Below the pieces are notes generated by a model, which did not search any database, was not told the DNA's origin, and saw nothing but the letters and a program-made list of their open reading frames with translations. 64,000 nt of DNA, from positions 168,640,001 through 168,704,000 of the forward strand of contig OZ024743.1 in assembly GCA_964016885.1 (NCBI GenBank), read 5' to 3'. Numbering within the stretch: the first letter of the stretch is position 1; each line of letters starts with the position of its first letter. Both the position numbers and the translations under genes were made by a program. This stretch comes from Eledone cirrhosa (lineage: Eukaryota). Below are positions 1 to 13,400 of this stretch, piece after piece.

Positions 1-3000
1 TCACCTCCCACTTTAGGTCCTGGTATCGGTTAATTTTCTCCCTCTCCTTCTCTTGCACTCTCGTGTCGAACGGGCAGGCCACATCCACAATCAGACACGA
101 TCTTTTTTCCTTGTCCACAACCACCATGTCAGGTCTATTGTGTTCCAGTTTCTTGTCCGTCTGTATCCTAAAATCCCACAGCACCTTCACCTGATTGTTC
201 TCCATCACCGCCTCTGGCCTATGCTCATACCATTTCTCAGAATGTGGTAAATTGTTTACTTTGCACAGGTGCCAGTGGATCACCCTGCCCATCACATCGT
301 GTCTCCAGCCCTTATAGTGGGTCTGGGCTAGGTGTTTACACTCGGACACAATGTGAGCCACAGTCTCCTCTCTCTCTCCACAGATCCTGCACAGTGGGCT
401 AGCCTCCTCCTTGTAAATATGGTGCTTCAACCACTTCGTTTTGAGGGTCTGCTCCTGCGCAGCCATTAGCATTCCTTCTGTACCCTTTTTGAGGTCTCCT
501 CTTCTCAACCAGTTCCATGTCTGTGGATCTCTAAGTTCAGTTTTCTCAAAGAAGGTACTATGAAGGGATTTTCCCTTAAGGCTGCTCTTCCTCCTTGATG
601 TTATTTCCACCTTGGACATCCCCTGGCCTACTGTCCCCTCCTTCAGTACAGTTCTGAGCATTGGCTCCTTACTATAGGTCACGTATTTGTATAGGTTGTT
701 TTTCTCCATCTGAACACAGTCCTCTATGCTGATAAGACCTCTTCCACCCTCAGATCTCCTTATGTAGAGTCTATCGACATCACTCCTCTTGTGGAACATG
801 TTGTAGATAGTCAATAGCTTCCTAGTCTTCCTATCCATTTCTTTTTGTTCAGCAACATTCCATCTCAGAATTCCCGCACTGTACCTAATAATAGACACAG
901 CTCGGGAATTTACTGCGCTTATGGCATTTCTGCTGTTCAGATGTGACTTCAATACGCTCCTTACTCTCCGAATGTATTCAGTTCTTAACAATTCCTTCAT
1001 TTTTTTGTTCTTTATGCCATCAGCCTCCAGAACGCCCAAATACTTGTATCCTTCCTCAGAGTCAAATTCCTTTATCATTTCACCTGTTGGTATCAGGATC
1101 CCGTTACTTCTGCTCAACCTACGCCTCCTCATCACAATGACTCCACATTTACCAATACCAAACTGCATACATATATCATTGCTGAAAATACGGACAGTGT
1201 CAACAAGCACATCCAACTCCTTCTCACTTTTCCCGAAGAGCTTAAGATCGTCCATGAAGAGGAGGTGATTGATGGTAAGCTCTCCCCTTCCCAACTTGTA
1301 TCCTGCTCTCACTTTTCGCAGCATAATGGTCAAGGGCATCAGGGCAAGGACAAACAACAGAGGGGACAGGCTATCTCCCTGGAAGATACCTCTCTTGATC
1401 TTCACGCTTCCCAAGGATACTCCACTTGATGTCAACTCTGTCTCCCAGGACCCCATACTCCTGCCTAGCAATTGTCTGATGTTGTCTGCCACCCTGAAGA
1501 TCTCCAGGCTTTTGGTGATCCAAGAATGAGGCACCATGTCAAATGCCTTTCTGTAGTCTATCCATCCCATGGCAAGATCAGTGTGTCTCCTCCTGCAATT
1601 CCCCATTACCATCTTATCAATAAGTAACTGGTCCTTTGTACCACGTGACTTCTTTCGGCATCCTTTCTGTTCGTCCGGTAACAAGTTGTTTGTGTGGAGG
1701 TGATGGTAGATTTCCTCAGACACAATGCTCGTCAACAGTTTCCACATTACGGACAGACATGTGATAGGTCTATAGTTGGTAACATCATTACCCTTGATTC
1801 GGTCTTTCATTATCAGAACTGTGGTACCTTTTGTCAACCACTCTGGCACCTCACCCGACACCAAGCAGTCATTGAACATGGCCGTCAGCTTCGGGTGGAG
1901 GGATGTTAAATGTTTAATCCAATACCCCTGCACACCATCTGGGCCTGGTGATTTCCAGTTGGTTAGTTTTTTGGCCTGCCCCTTAAGAGTTTCAACTGTG
2001 ATACTCAAATCAGTTTGTTGTTGTGCCTGCTCACCGATCTCCCTCTGTACTGTCTCAATCCACCCTGCCTGGACATTATGTCTAACATCCTGCTCCCATA
2101 TTCCTCTCCAGAATGTTTTAGTTTGCTCCGCCCCAGGGATCAAGTCGTTGCCTCTTTCTTTCCCTTCAAGCTGTCCAAACAGCATCTTCTGGTTGTTGTC
2201 GAACATGCGGTTCTGTTTATACTGACTGACTCTGTTCTCGTATCGCCTGATTTTTGCACTCTTTGCTACAATGCGTTGCTTCAGTTCCTCTATGATAATA
2301 TTTAGCTCTTTCCTCCTAGTTTTGTATTTTATTTCCAGTCTATTTTTAGTGCCTATGTTTTTTAGTGTCCCATTCAGTAGTGACTCAAGCTTTCCTATGT
2401 CATTTCTCATTTCCCCGATTTGCCCACTCAGTCGCTCCTCCACCACGGCTCTGCTCTTTCTTGTCTGTTGTTTCCTCTCGCTTTTATACCAAGTAGTTTC
2501 CTCACCGTATTTGCTGTTGCTTTGAGGATATTGTTGCACTGGTGAAGGCTCCTCGCCTCAAGGTATGGGATGACTTTGTTTACCTTAGCTGTTGTTTCTT
2601 TTAACTTTTTCCTGTCTACAAATCTTAGGTTCATAGGTCTCCCACTATCGTTGTTCAATTCATCTACCACTAAATTTAGGATGTCAACCGAATCTTGTCC
2701 TAGCCTGTCAGCATTCATCTCCTCAGTGGCCGTATCTCTGTTCCAGGTATTATTTATCTCAGTATTCAGATCATTGTCTGCTTCGGGTGGTTCCTCCGTT
2801 CTCAGGACCTCTTCACCTTCATTTCCCACTGGCTCGCTTGTCTGGCATACTACACCCGCCATCTCCAAGCCATTCTCTCTGCTCAGTTCCTCCAGTTCCA
2901 GCTCGTTTATCCACCCATTAGTTCTTTTTACCCGAGCCTGCCCGGCCAATTTTTGTTCATCTAATTTAAATAAACCAATCTCGTTCCAGATGTTATGCAT

Positions 3001-3340
3001 CCGTCTCCTGTAGCCCCTCTCCTTGGGGTTACTTTTCAGGTAACATTGCATAACAGTTCTATTCAATTCTTTTGTCCAGTTGGTTCTGGCCCCTTTCCTT
3101 CTTCTCCTTCCTCCAACATCAGCAGTATTTGGTTGACAGTCAGGTTCCTGCTGCTGAGCCAGGGGGCACCTGTTGGGTGAGAGTCTGTCACATGACGTTC
3201 TAGTTTCCATTTCACCGTTATTCGAACTGTTTATGTTCGATATTTAAACACTCTTATCGAGGATTGGCGAATGTATGGTTACATAGCCATCTGTGGATCC
3301 GCCATTCCACTTGGCCCTTGTGTGGCATTATCACCACGCT
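1..3340 (-). mobile_element. R4/Dong-like non-LTR retrotransposon (RT + restriction-like endonuclease), family A copy 1, runs off the window edge
   Basis: Near-identical reverse complement of 10488-13535. N-terminal ORF 2428-3210, then the RT frame, CCHC zinc knuckle and RPDMVV of the RLE domain. 5' UTR to about 3340. Confidence 0.9.
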
Positions 3341-3344
3341 GTAT

Positions 3345-4289
3345 ACGAACACACATAAACAAACAAACACACGGGCAGAAAGGGCCCCAAAAATGAATAA
3401 GCATAAGTTTCATTGTAATGTAGTGTTCGAATGTATGACTTAGTTTTTGTTTTTTAAGTTTTAGTTTCTCCCCCTCTTCTCTGTCCGTCCGCCTGCTTCT
3501 CTCTTCATTCTTATTTTCTTTACGTTTTTTGTTTTTTTTTTTGTTTTTGTTTTTCTCTGTTTGTTTTTCTCGTTTTTTGCTGTTGTTGCTGTGCTGCTTT
3601 GGTTTTGTTGTTTGTTTTTTCTTTTTTCTTTTTTCTTTTGAGTCTATCTATATATTTTGATGCCTTCCTCTTTTTTAGCAGTAGGGATTCTATAATGTGG
3701 TGGCAGCAGCCAGCTGCTAGAAGTGGGAGACTGGCGGCGGTAGCGATACTGAGACAGTGGTGGTGGTGATGTCGATACCGAGGCAGTGGTAGCGGTGATG
3801 TGACCGTATTACTGTAGTGATGGTGCTGTATCGGTGGTAGCAGTGGAGGAGTGAAGGGGTGCTGGCGGCTGTGATGGGGTAATGGTGGTAATGATGGCCG
3901 TAGTGAGCGGTGGTGGTGAAAATGCCGTTATCTGGCTGTTGTGTTTAGTGGACACAGGTGATGGGGTGGGTGGTGTATCTAGTTTGTGGTGTTGGTGAGT
4001 TTGGCTGTTCTATATAGTGTAGACAGAGGAGAGGAGGGGGGGTGTTCTTCTTCCATTTATAGCCATTTTCTTTTTTGGATATACAGTGTACAATACAAAG
4101 TTGAATATTTGAATATTTGAGCCTTATAACAATATATTTTGGGTCCGAATTTTTTGGGGCTCAAGCCGGGTGCTTTATGTAGCATTTTTACTAAGAGTTG
4201 TTATTTCACAAATGATTTAAATATGTTAAAAATTCAAAATTTACGGGAGCGATTTCATGACCTCCGTCACCTCGTGCGTCTTCTTCCCA

Positions 4290-4290
<1 letters not shown>
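3345..4290 (-). mobile_element. Degenerate 5' fragment (5' UTR + ORF1 start) of a Tx1-like LINE
   Basis: Thr/Pro/Lys-rich minus-strand coding composition, and AAAATGGCTA start context as at 20289. Begins directly at the (TTA)n tract. The 5' UTR resembles 31495-31700. Confidence 0.5.

Positions 4291-4343
<53 letters not shown>
4291..4343. repeat. (TTA)n microsatellite, LINE tail/target
   Basis: Directly visible. Lies at the 3' end of family A copy 2 and the 5' end of the Tx1 fragment. Confidence 0.95.
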
Positions 4344-7300
4344 GTTCTTTGAGTCTCAGTCATTGATGTTATTTAACAGGAAAGTGTTCCAAAAAGCGGG
4401 GCGGGACCAATTTTCTTTAACCGTCATTGGAAAATCTTTGAGATAGTACCTAGTGCGCCTATGACAATCGGGACAACTTTGACATCATGGCCGTTCCAAA
4501 TCCTTTTTACCTCCACTTTAAGTCCTGGTATCGGTTAATTTTCTCCCTCTCATTCTCTTGCACTCTCGTATCGAATGGGCAGGCTACATCCACAATCAGG
4601 CACGATCTTATTCCCTTGTCCTAAACCACCAGGTCAGGTCTATTGTGTTCCAGTTTCTTGTCCGTCTGTATCCTAAAATCCCACAACACCTTCTCCTGAT
4701 CGTTTTCCATCACCGACTCTGGCTTATGCTTATACCACTTCTCAGAATGTGGTAAATTGTTTACTTCGCATAGGTGCCAGTAGATCACCCTGCCTATCAC
4801 ATCATGTCTCCAACCTTTATAGTGAGTCTGGGCTAGGTGTTTACACTCGGATACAATGTGAGCCACAGTCTCCTCTCTCTCCACAGATCGTACACAGTGG
4901 GCTAGCCTTCTCCTTGTAAATATGGTGTTTCAGCCACTTCGTTTTGAGGGCCTGCACTTGCGCAGCCATTAGCATTCCTTCTGTAGCCTTTTTAAGGTCT
5001 CCTCTTTTCAACCAGTCCCATGTCTGTGGATCTCTAAATTCTGTTTTCTCAAAGAAGGTACTATGAAGGGATTTTCCATGAAGGTTGCTCTTTCTCCTTG
5101 TTGTTATTACCTCCTTGGACATCCCCTGGTCTATTGTCTTCTCCTTTAGTACAATTCTGAGCATTGGCTCCCTACTATCTGTCACGTATTTGTGTAGGTT
5201 GTTTTTCTCCATCTGAACACAGTCTTCCATGCTGATGAGACCTCTTCCACCTTCAGATCTCCTTAAGTAGAGTCTATCGACATCACTCCTCTTGTGGAAC
5301 ATGTTGTAGATAGTCAATAACTTCCTAGTCTTCCTATCCATTTCTTTTTGTTCAGCAACATTCCATCTCAGAATTCCCGCACTGTACCTAATAATAGACA
5401 CAGCTCGAGAATTTACTGCACTTATGGAATTCCTACTGTTCAGATGTGATTTTAATACGCTCCTTACTCTCCGAATGTATTCAGATCTTATCAATTCCTT
5501 CATTTTTTGTTCTTGGTGTCATCAGCCTCCAGAACACCTAAATACTTGTATCCTTCTTCAGAGTCAATTTCCTTTATCATCTCACCTGTTGGTACCTGGA
5601 TTCCGTTGCTTCTGCTCAATTTACCCCTCTACACACAAGGACTCCACACTTACAAATACCAAATTGCATACATATATCATTGCTGAAAATACGGACAGTG
5701 TCAACAAGCACATCCAACTCCTTCTCACTCTTCCCGAAAAGCTTAAGATCGTCCATGAAGTGGAGGTGTTTGATGGAAAGCTCTCCCTTTCCCAACTTGT
5801 ATCCTGCTCTCACTTTTCGCAGTATAATGGTCAGGGGTATCAGGGCAAGGACAAACAACAGAGGGGACAAACTATCTCGCTGGAAGATACCTCTCTTGAT
5901 CTTAACACCTCCCAAGGATTCTCAGCCCGATGTTAACTCTGTTTTCCAGGACTTCATACTTTTGCTCAACAACTGGCTGATGTTATCTGCCACCCTGAAG
6001 ATCTCCTGGCTTTTGGTTATCCAAGAATGAGGTACCATGTCGAATGCCTTTTTGTAGTCTATCCATCCCATGGCAAGACCAGTGTGTCTTCTCCTGCAAT
6101 TCCTCATTACCATCTTATCAATAAGAAACTGGTCCTTTGTACCACGGGACTTCTTTCGGCATCCTTTCTGTTCGTCCGGTAGCAAATTGTTTATGTGGAG
6201 GTGATGGTAGATTTCCTCAGACACAATGTTTGTTAACAGTTTCCATATTACGGACAGACATGTGATAGGTCTATAGTTGGTAACATCATTACCCTTGGTT
6301 CGGTCTTTCATTACCAGAACTGTGGTACCTTTTGTCAACCACTCTGATACCTCACCTGACATCAAGCAGTCATTGAACATGGTTGTCAGTTTCGGGTGGA
6401 GGGATGTTATATTTTTAATCCAATAGCCCTGCACACCGTCTGGGCCTGGTGATTTCCAGTTGGTTAGTTTTCTGGCCTGCCCCTTAAGAGTTTCAACTGT
6501 GATACTCAAATCAGTTTGTTTGTGTGCCTGTTCACTAATCTGCTTTTGTACTGTCTCAATCCACACTGCCTGATCATTATGTTCAACATCCTGCTCGCAT
6601 ATTCCTCTCCAGAATGTTTTAGTTTGTTCCGCCTCAGGGATCAAGTCGTTGCCTCTTTCTTTCCTTTCAAGCTGTCCAAACAACATCTCCTGGTTGCTCT
6701 CAAACATGCGGTTCTGTCTATACTGACTGACTCTGCTCTCGTATCGCCTAATCTTTGCGCTCTTTGCTACAATGCGTTGCTTCAGTTCCTCTATGATAAT
6801 ATTTAGCTTTTTCCTCCTAGTTTTGTACTTTATTTCCAGTCTATTTATGTGTCTATGTTTTTTAGTGTCCCATTCAAGCTATCCAATGTCATTTCTCATT
6901 TCCTTGATTTTATCATTCAGTCGTTTCTTCCACGAAGGTCCTGATCTTTCTTGTTTGTTGTTTCCTCTCGCTTCTATGCCATGTAATTTCCTCACCGCAT
7001 TTGCTGTTGCTTTGAGGATATTGTTGCACTGGTGAAGGTTCCTCGCCTCAAGGTATGGGATGACCTGTTTTCCTTAGCTGTTGTTTCTTTTAACTTTTTC
7101 CTGTCTACAAATCTTAGGTTCATAGGTTTCCCACTATCATTGTTCATTTCATCTACCACTAAGTTGAGGATATCATCCAAATCTTGTCCTAGTCCGTCAG
7201 CATTCATTTCCTCAATGGCCGTATCTTTGTTCCAGGTATTATTTATTTCAGAATTCAGATCATTGTCTGCTTCGGATGCTTCCTCCGTTCTCTCAACCTC

Positions 7301-7625
7301 TTCACCTTCATTTCCCACTGGCTCGTTTGCCTGGCGTACTCCACTCTCCATTCCAATCTAATCTCTCTGCTGAGTTCCTCCAGTTCCAGCTCGCTTAACC
7401 ACCCATTTGTTCTTATTACCCGAGCCTGCCCGGCCAATTTTTGTTCATCTAATTTAAATAGACCAATCTCGTTCCAGATGTTATGCATCCGTTTCCTATA
7501 GTCTTTTTCCTTGGGGTTACCCGTCAGGTAACATTGCATAACAATTCTATTCAATTCTTTCGTCCAGTTGGTTCCCTGTCCCTTTCCTTCTTCTTCTTCC
7601 TCCAACACCAGCAGTATTTGGATGA
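4344..7625 (-). mobile_element. R4/Dong-like LINE family A copy 2, older and frameshifted
   Basis: ORF pieces 6992-7351, 5922-6707 (NYRPITCL, IDYKKAFD), 5616-5915 (FMDDLKL), 4841-5503 and 4621-4884 (RPDLVV). 3' end abuts (TAA)n. Confidence 0.9.
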
Positions 7626-7818
7626 CCAGCTCGTATTGGACATAGTTATACGGAACAGGAAGGATAACCATGTCCATTACGAGCTGAGGATCCGCTAAGG
7701 TGAAACAATTGTTCTCGGTATGGTGAACTAACTGTTGTGTAACCACTTCTACCTAACTCGTCCCATGGACTGAGTGCTATACCACTACGGATATTACACT
7801 CCAGTGTTCTACCACTAT
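7626..7818 (+). mobile_element. PLE terminal fragment with hammerhead (CAATTG family)
   Basis: Same family as 29188-29405, 33447-33512 and 38213-38335. Ends in (TA)n. Confidence 0.7.
7680..7717 (+). ncRNA. Minimal type-I hammerhead ribozyme
   Basis: CGAG-CTGAGGA-TCCGCTAAGGT-GAAA-CAATTG-TT-CTCG. Stem I CGAG/CTCG and palindromic loop III. Confidence 0.75.
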
Positions 7819-7984
7819 ATATATATATATATATATATATAACCAAAGATTAATATGGTTCGTTGATTAATCAACGAATACAATTTTACAATAGATTAGA
7901 AGCATTCGACAAGAGATTTTCCTGGAGTATTTAATATTATTCAAAATGTTAATAAATGAAAAATATTCTCAATATCAAAATATA

Positions 7985-8047
7985 TATTTTATTATACATA
8001 TTTCAAAGCTACAATGGTGTTCAAGTACGTTTTCATCAGATAATATA
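7985..8047 (-). ncRNA. Minimal type-I hammerhead ribozyme in the left PLE terminus
   Basis: Minus strand reads TATATTAT-CTGATGA-stem II-GAAA-TATGTA-TA-ATAAAATA. Confidence 0.75.
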
Positions 8048-8199
8048 TAAGATTTTATATGTGACATATTCAATTCCAGTATTTATTTCACCAAATCTCA
8101 ACGTTTTTATACCACAAATAATATAACTTAAAGAAGAAAAGGATGTAGAGCAAGGTAGTAGATTATATATAAATGATGGCTTATAAATAAATGATGGAA

Positions 8200-10111
8200 T
8201 TCTTCAGGATTTCTACATCTCTGAAGTATGTACCTCTACCATCAAATGATGAATATATGAGACAGCTTATTGAGAAAACCAACGCGGTGGCGTGCTTTCC
8301 ACTTTGAAAACAAAGAAAAAAATTGATAAGAAAAACACCAATCAAAATTTTGATCTTATTATCAGATCTAGAAAAAATCCTCCTGATAACAAACTCCTGG
8401 TTAACTTTCAAAAGAAAGTATAAATATAATAAGGAACATTAAATTTAAAAAAAAAACATATAGTGGCCAGGAATACCTCAGAGGTCTAAAAGATAAAATT
8501 ATTGACATTCAAAAACAAATAAGATATTAGTGAAATCGGATAAAACGAATAACCTATATGGGATGGAAAGAGTAAAATATAATGATTTAATTTTAAAAGA
8601 ACTGAGGAAAAATTATAAAAAGGCCTCAAACGAGGGTTTATTGGACATTAATAATGAGGCATTAACAATTATCACCAATCTTGGAATAGAGCGGAAAACA
8701 GAACCTTTCATACCAAAACAGCCACGGATTAATTTTAAAGACCATAAACGAAACTTTGAGAAGGATTTACCAGTTAGACTCATAGCATCTTCTAAATCCG
8801 ATCTTGGAATAATTAGTAAAAATATAATAGATAGGATTTTACCAACACTTAAATTGAAATCACAGCAAAATCTATGGAAAGGCACAAGTGAAGTTATAGA
8901 TTGGTTCAAACATATTAAACATAAAAATAATTATAAGTTCATTCAAATGGATATAGCCAGTTATTATTCCTCGATAACTCCCAATCTATTAAATAAGGCG
9001 CTATCATATGCATATAAAAACACAGACCTGTCTAGTGAGGAGATAAATATTATATTAACAGCAAGGCGAACCTTGAATGATTTTAATAATGGTTTCTTTC
9101 ATAGGCACAAGGCCAGCAATTTTGGGCGAGGGGTAAGTCAATTAAATCGACCCCAGTACGTGACTGGTACTTTATTTTATAGACCCCGTAAGGATGAAAG
9201 GCAAAGTTAACTCTATACTGCAAAGCATGGCGTCCGACCCTTTACCGATACTGCCAATCCACCGCCATTTGATTGATTTTAATAATGATCTTTGGACTAG
9301 GGCAGATAGACCGAAGAATCGGCTCAGATTCGGCTCAATTTACAGATCTTGTGGGCATTTTTATCCTTAACATGATAAATAGAAAATTGCCGGAGATTAC
9401 CGGAGGTTTATATAGGGACGACATAATATTTATTGTAGAAAAACATAACAATAGTGAATTAAATAGAGTAAAGAAAGCAATTATAGAATTTTAAAAAAAT
9501 TATGACCTGAAATTAGAAATAAAAAATAATAATAAGATAGTCAATTTTTTAGATGTGACTCTAAATCTGAAGTCAGGCCTTTATTATCCTTTCCATAAAG
9601 TCAACTTAAATTATGTTAGTTGTTATTCTAATCATCCTAAAAGTGTTAAGAATGCAATAGTCAACAGTGTACAACAACGAATATCCAGGCTATCTTCTAA
9701 TAGATCCATATTTAATAGTAAGGCTATATATTATAATGAAGTGTTACATAAAGCTGGATATAACTATAACATTGAGTATATAGATAAAAATACATAAATC
9801 CATCAAAATTAAATTAATTATAATCATAATAATCATAATAAAAATAAATATAAAATGGATGAATAAATCGAAGAAAAAAGAAGAACTAGATCTATAATTT
9901 GGTATGCACCCCCAGCATCTTTAGTATTAAGACACCTGTAGCACATTTAATTTTTAAAGCTTTGGATAAATGCTTCCCGAGATCTCATAAATATTACCCT
10001 ATCTTCAATAGACACACAGTTAAACTATCTTACTCAACAAATATGAATATTGCTCAAAATATAGCAAAAATAAATAATAAAAATCTTAAATTGAACCAAC
10101 CTCTAATTAGC
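8200..10111 (+). pseudogene. PLE reverse transcriptase, disrupted
   Basis: PLE RT motifs SDKT, KDHK, RLIA, MDIASYYSSI, GLYRDD, SNHP and FNRHTVKLSYS in ORFs 8530-9210, 9273-9494, 9555-9797 and 9899 onward. Contains frameshifts and a SINE insertion. Confidence 0.85.
9092..9273 (-). mobile_element. tRNA-derived Deu/Nin-core SINE with 14-bp TSD
   Basis: SINE head TGGCAGTATCGG and core GCCTTTCATCCTTACGGGGTC. TSD TGATTTTAATAATG at 9078-9091 and 9274-9287. Confidence 0.85.
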
Positions 10112-10168
<57 letters not shown>

Positions 10169-10169
<1 letters not shown>

Positions 10170-10425
10170 GGATTTGGAACTGCCATGAAGTCAAAGTGAT
10201 CCCGATTGTCATAGGCGCACTGGGGACTATCTCCAAAGGTTTCCAGGGATGGTTAAAGAAAATCGGCCCCTTCACGCTTTTTGGAACGCTTCAAAAGGCA
10301 TGCTTGCTTGGAACGGCAAGAACCCTCCGATACGTCCTGAATATCTGAGGCTGCAGGTAGTGGCTTGATATTCAATCCAACGGACTTTCCAGTTAACCAA
10401 CACCAATGACTGAGATTCAAGGAAT
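10169..10425 (+). mobile_element. R4/Dong-like family A 3' fragment (end of RLE + 3' UTR)
   Basis: RIWNCHEVKVIPIVIGALG...LRYVLNI, matching about 13537-13790. Flanked by (AAT)n on both sides. Confidence 0.9.
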
Positions 10426-10434
10426 AACAATAAC

Positions 10435-10487
<53 letters not shown>

Positions 10488-10489
<2 letters not shown>

Positions 10490-13400
10490 TGTTACCTGAA
10501 AAGTAACCCCAAGGAGAGGGGCTACAGGAGACGGATGCATAACATCTGGAACGAGATTGGTTTATTTAAATTAGATGAACAAAAATTGGCCGGGCAGGCT
10601 CGGGTAAAAAGAACTAATGGGTGGATAAACGAGCTGGAACTGGAGGAACTGAGCAGAGAGAATGGCTTGGAGATGGCGGGTGTAGTATGCCAGACAAGCG
10701 AGCCAGTGGGAAATGAAGGTGAAGAGGTCCTGAGAACGGAGGAACCACCCGAAGCAGACAATGATCTGAATACTGAGATAAATAATACCTGGAACAGAGA
10801 TACGGCCACTGAGGAGATGAATGCTGACAGGCTAGGACAAGATTCGGTTGACATCCTAAATTTAGTGGTAGATGAATTGAACAACGATAGTGGGAGACCT
10901 ATGAACCTAAGATTTGTAGACAGGAAAAAGTTAAAAGAAACAACAGCTAAGGTAAACAAAGTCATCCCATACCTTGAGGCGAGGAGCCTTCACCAGTGCA
11001 ACAATATCCTCAAAGCAACAGCAAATACGGTGAGGAAACTACTTGGTATAAAAGCGAGAGGAAACAACAGACAAGAAAGAGCAGAGCCGTGGTGGAGGAG
11101 CGACTGAGTGGGCAAATCGGGGAAATGAGAAATGACATAGGAAAGCTTGAGTCACTACTGAATGGGACACTAAAAAACATAGGCACTAAAAATAGACTGG
11201 AAATAAAATACAAAACTAGGAGGAAAGAGCTAAATATTATCATAGAGGAACTGAAGCAACGCATTGTAGCAAAGAGTGCAAAAATCAGGCGATACGAGAA
11301 CAGAGTCAGTCAGTATAAACAGAACCGCATGTTCGACAACAACCAGAAGATGCTGTTTGGACAGCTTGAGGGGAAAGAAAGAGGCAACGACTTGATCCCT
11401 GGGGCGGAGCAAACTAAAACATTCTGGAGAGGAATATGGGAGCAGGATGTTAGACATAATGTCCAGGCAGGGTGGATTGAGACAGTACAGAGGGAGATCG
11501 GTGAGCAGGCACAACAACAAACTGATTTGAGTATCACAGTTGAAACTCTTAAGGGGCAGGCCAAAAAACTAACCAACTGGAAATCACCAGGCCCAGATGG
11601 TGTGCAGGGGTATTGGATTAAACATTTAACATCCCTCCACCCGAAGCTGACGGCCATGTTCAATGACTGCTTGGTGTCGGATGAGGTGCCAGAGTGGTTG
11701 ACAAAAGGTACCACAGTTCTGATAATGAAAGACCGAATCAAGGGTAATGATGTTACCAACTATAGACCTATCACATGTCTGTCCGTAATGTGGAAACTGT
11801 TGACGAGCATTGTGTCTGGGGAAATCTACCATCACCTCCACACAAACAACTTGTTACCGGACGAACAGAAAGGATGCCGAAAGAAGTCACGTGGTACAAA
11901 GGACCAGTTACTTATTGATAAGATGGTAATGGGGAATTGCAGGAGGAGACACACTGATCTTGCCATGGGATGGATAGACTACAGAAAGGCATTTGACATG
12001 GTGCCTCATTCTTGGATCACCAAAAGCCTGGAGATCTTCAGGGTGGCAGATAACATCAGACAGTTGCTAGGCAGGAGTATGGGGTCCTGGGAGACAGAGT
12101 TGACATCAAGTGGAGTATCCTTGGGAAGCGTGAAGATCAAGAGAGGTATCTTCAAGAGAGATAGCCTGTCCCCTCTGTTGTTTGTCCTTGCCCTGATGCC
12201 CTTGACCATTATGCTGCGAAAAGTGAGAGCAGGATACAAGTTGGGAAGGGGAGAGCTTACCATCAATCACCTCCTCTTCATGGACGATCTTAAGCTCTTC
12301 GGGAAAAGTGAGAAGGAGTTGGATGTGCTTGTTGACACTGTCCGTATTTTCAGCAGTGATATATGTATGCAGTTTGGTATTGGTAAATGTGGAGTCATTG
12401 TGATGAGGAGGGGTAGGTTGAGCAGAAGTAACGGGATCCAGATACCAACAGGTGAGATGATAAAGGAAATTGACTCTGAGGAAGGATACAAGTATTTGGG
12501 CGTTTTGGAGGCTGATGGCATAAAGAACAAAAAAATGAAGGAATTGTTAAGAACTGAATACATTCGGAGAGTAAGGAGCGTATTGAAGTCACATCTGAAC
12601 AGCAGAAATGCCATAAGCGCAGTAAATTCCCGAGCTGTGTCTATTATTAGGTACAGTGCGGGAATTCTGAGATGGAATGTTGCTGAACAAAAAGAAATGG
12701 ATAGGAAGACTAGGAAGCTATTGACTATCTACAACATGTTCCACAAGAGGAGTGATGTCGATAGACTCTACCTAACGAGATCTGAGGATGGAAGAGGTCT
12801 TATCAGCATAGAGGACTGTGTTCAGATGGAGAAAAACAACCTATACATATACGTGACATATAGTAAGGAGCCAATGCTCAGAACTGTACTGAAGGAGGGG
12901 ACAGTAGGCCAGGGGATGTCCAAGGAGGAAATAACATCAAGGAGGAAGAGCAGCCTTAAGGGAAAATCCCTTCATAGTACCTTCTTTGAGAAAACTGAAT
13001 TTAGAGATCCACAGACATGGAACTGGTTGAGAAGAGGAGACCTCAAAAAGGCTACAGAAGGAATGCTAATGGCTGCGCAGGAGCAGGCCCTCAAAACGAA
13101 GTGGTTGAAGCACCATATTTACAAGGAGGAGGCTAGCCCACTGTGCAGGATCTGTGGAGAGAGAGAGGAGACTGTGGCTCACATTGTGTCCGAGTGTAAA
13201 CACCTAGCCCAGACCCACTATAAGGGCTGGAGACACGATGTGATGGGCAGGGTGATCCACTGGCACCTGTGCAAAGTAAACAATTTACCACATTCTGAGA
13301 AATGGTATGAGCATAGGCCAGAGGCGGTGATGGAGAACAATCAGGTGAAGGTGCTGTGGGATTTTAGGATACAGACGGACAAAAAATGGAACACAATAGA

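Noticed and set aside
9899-10348. Apparent fusion ORF: PLE thumb, poly-Asn, RLE tail (also 13773-14453 and 10406-11107)
   Set aside because: Chance in-frame read-through across (AAT)n insertion junctions. Upstream coding sequence is disrupted.
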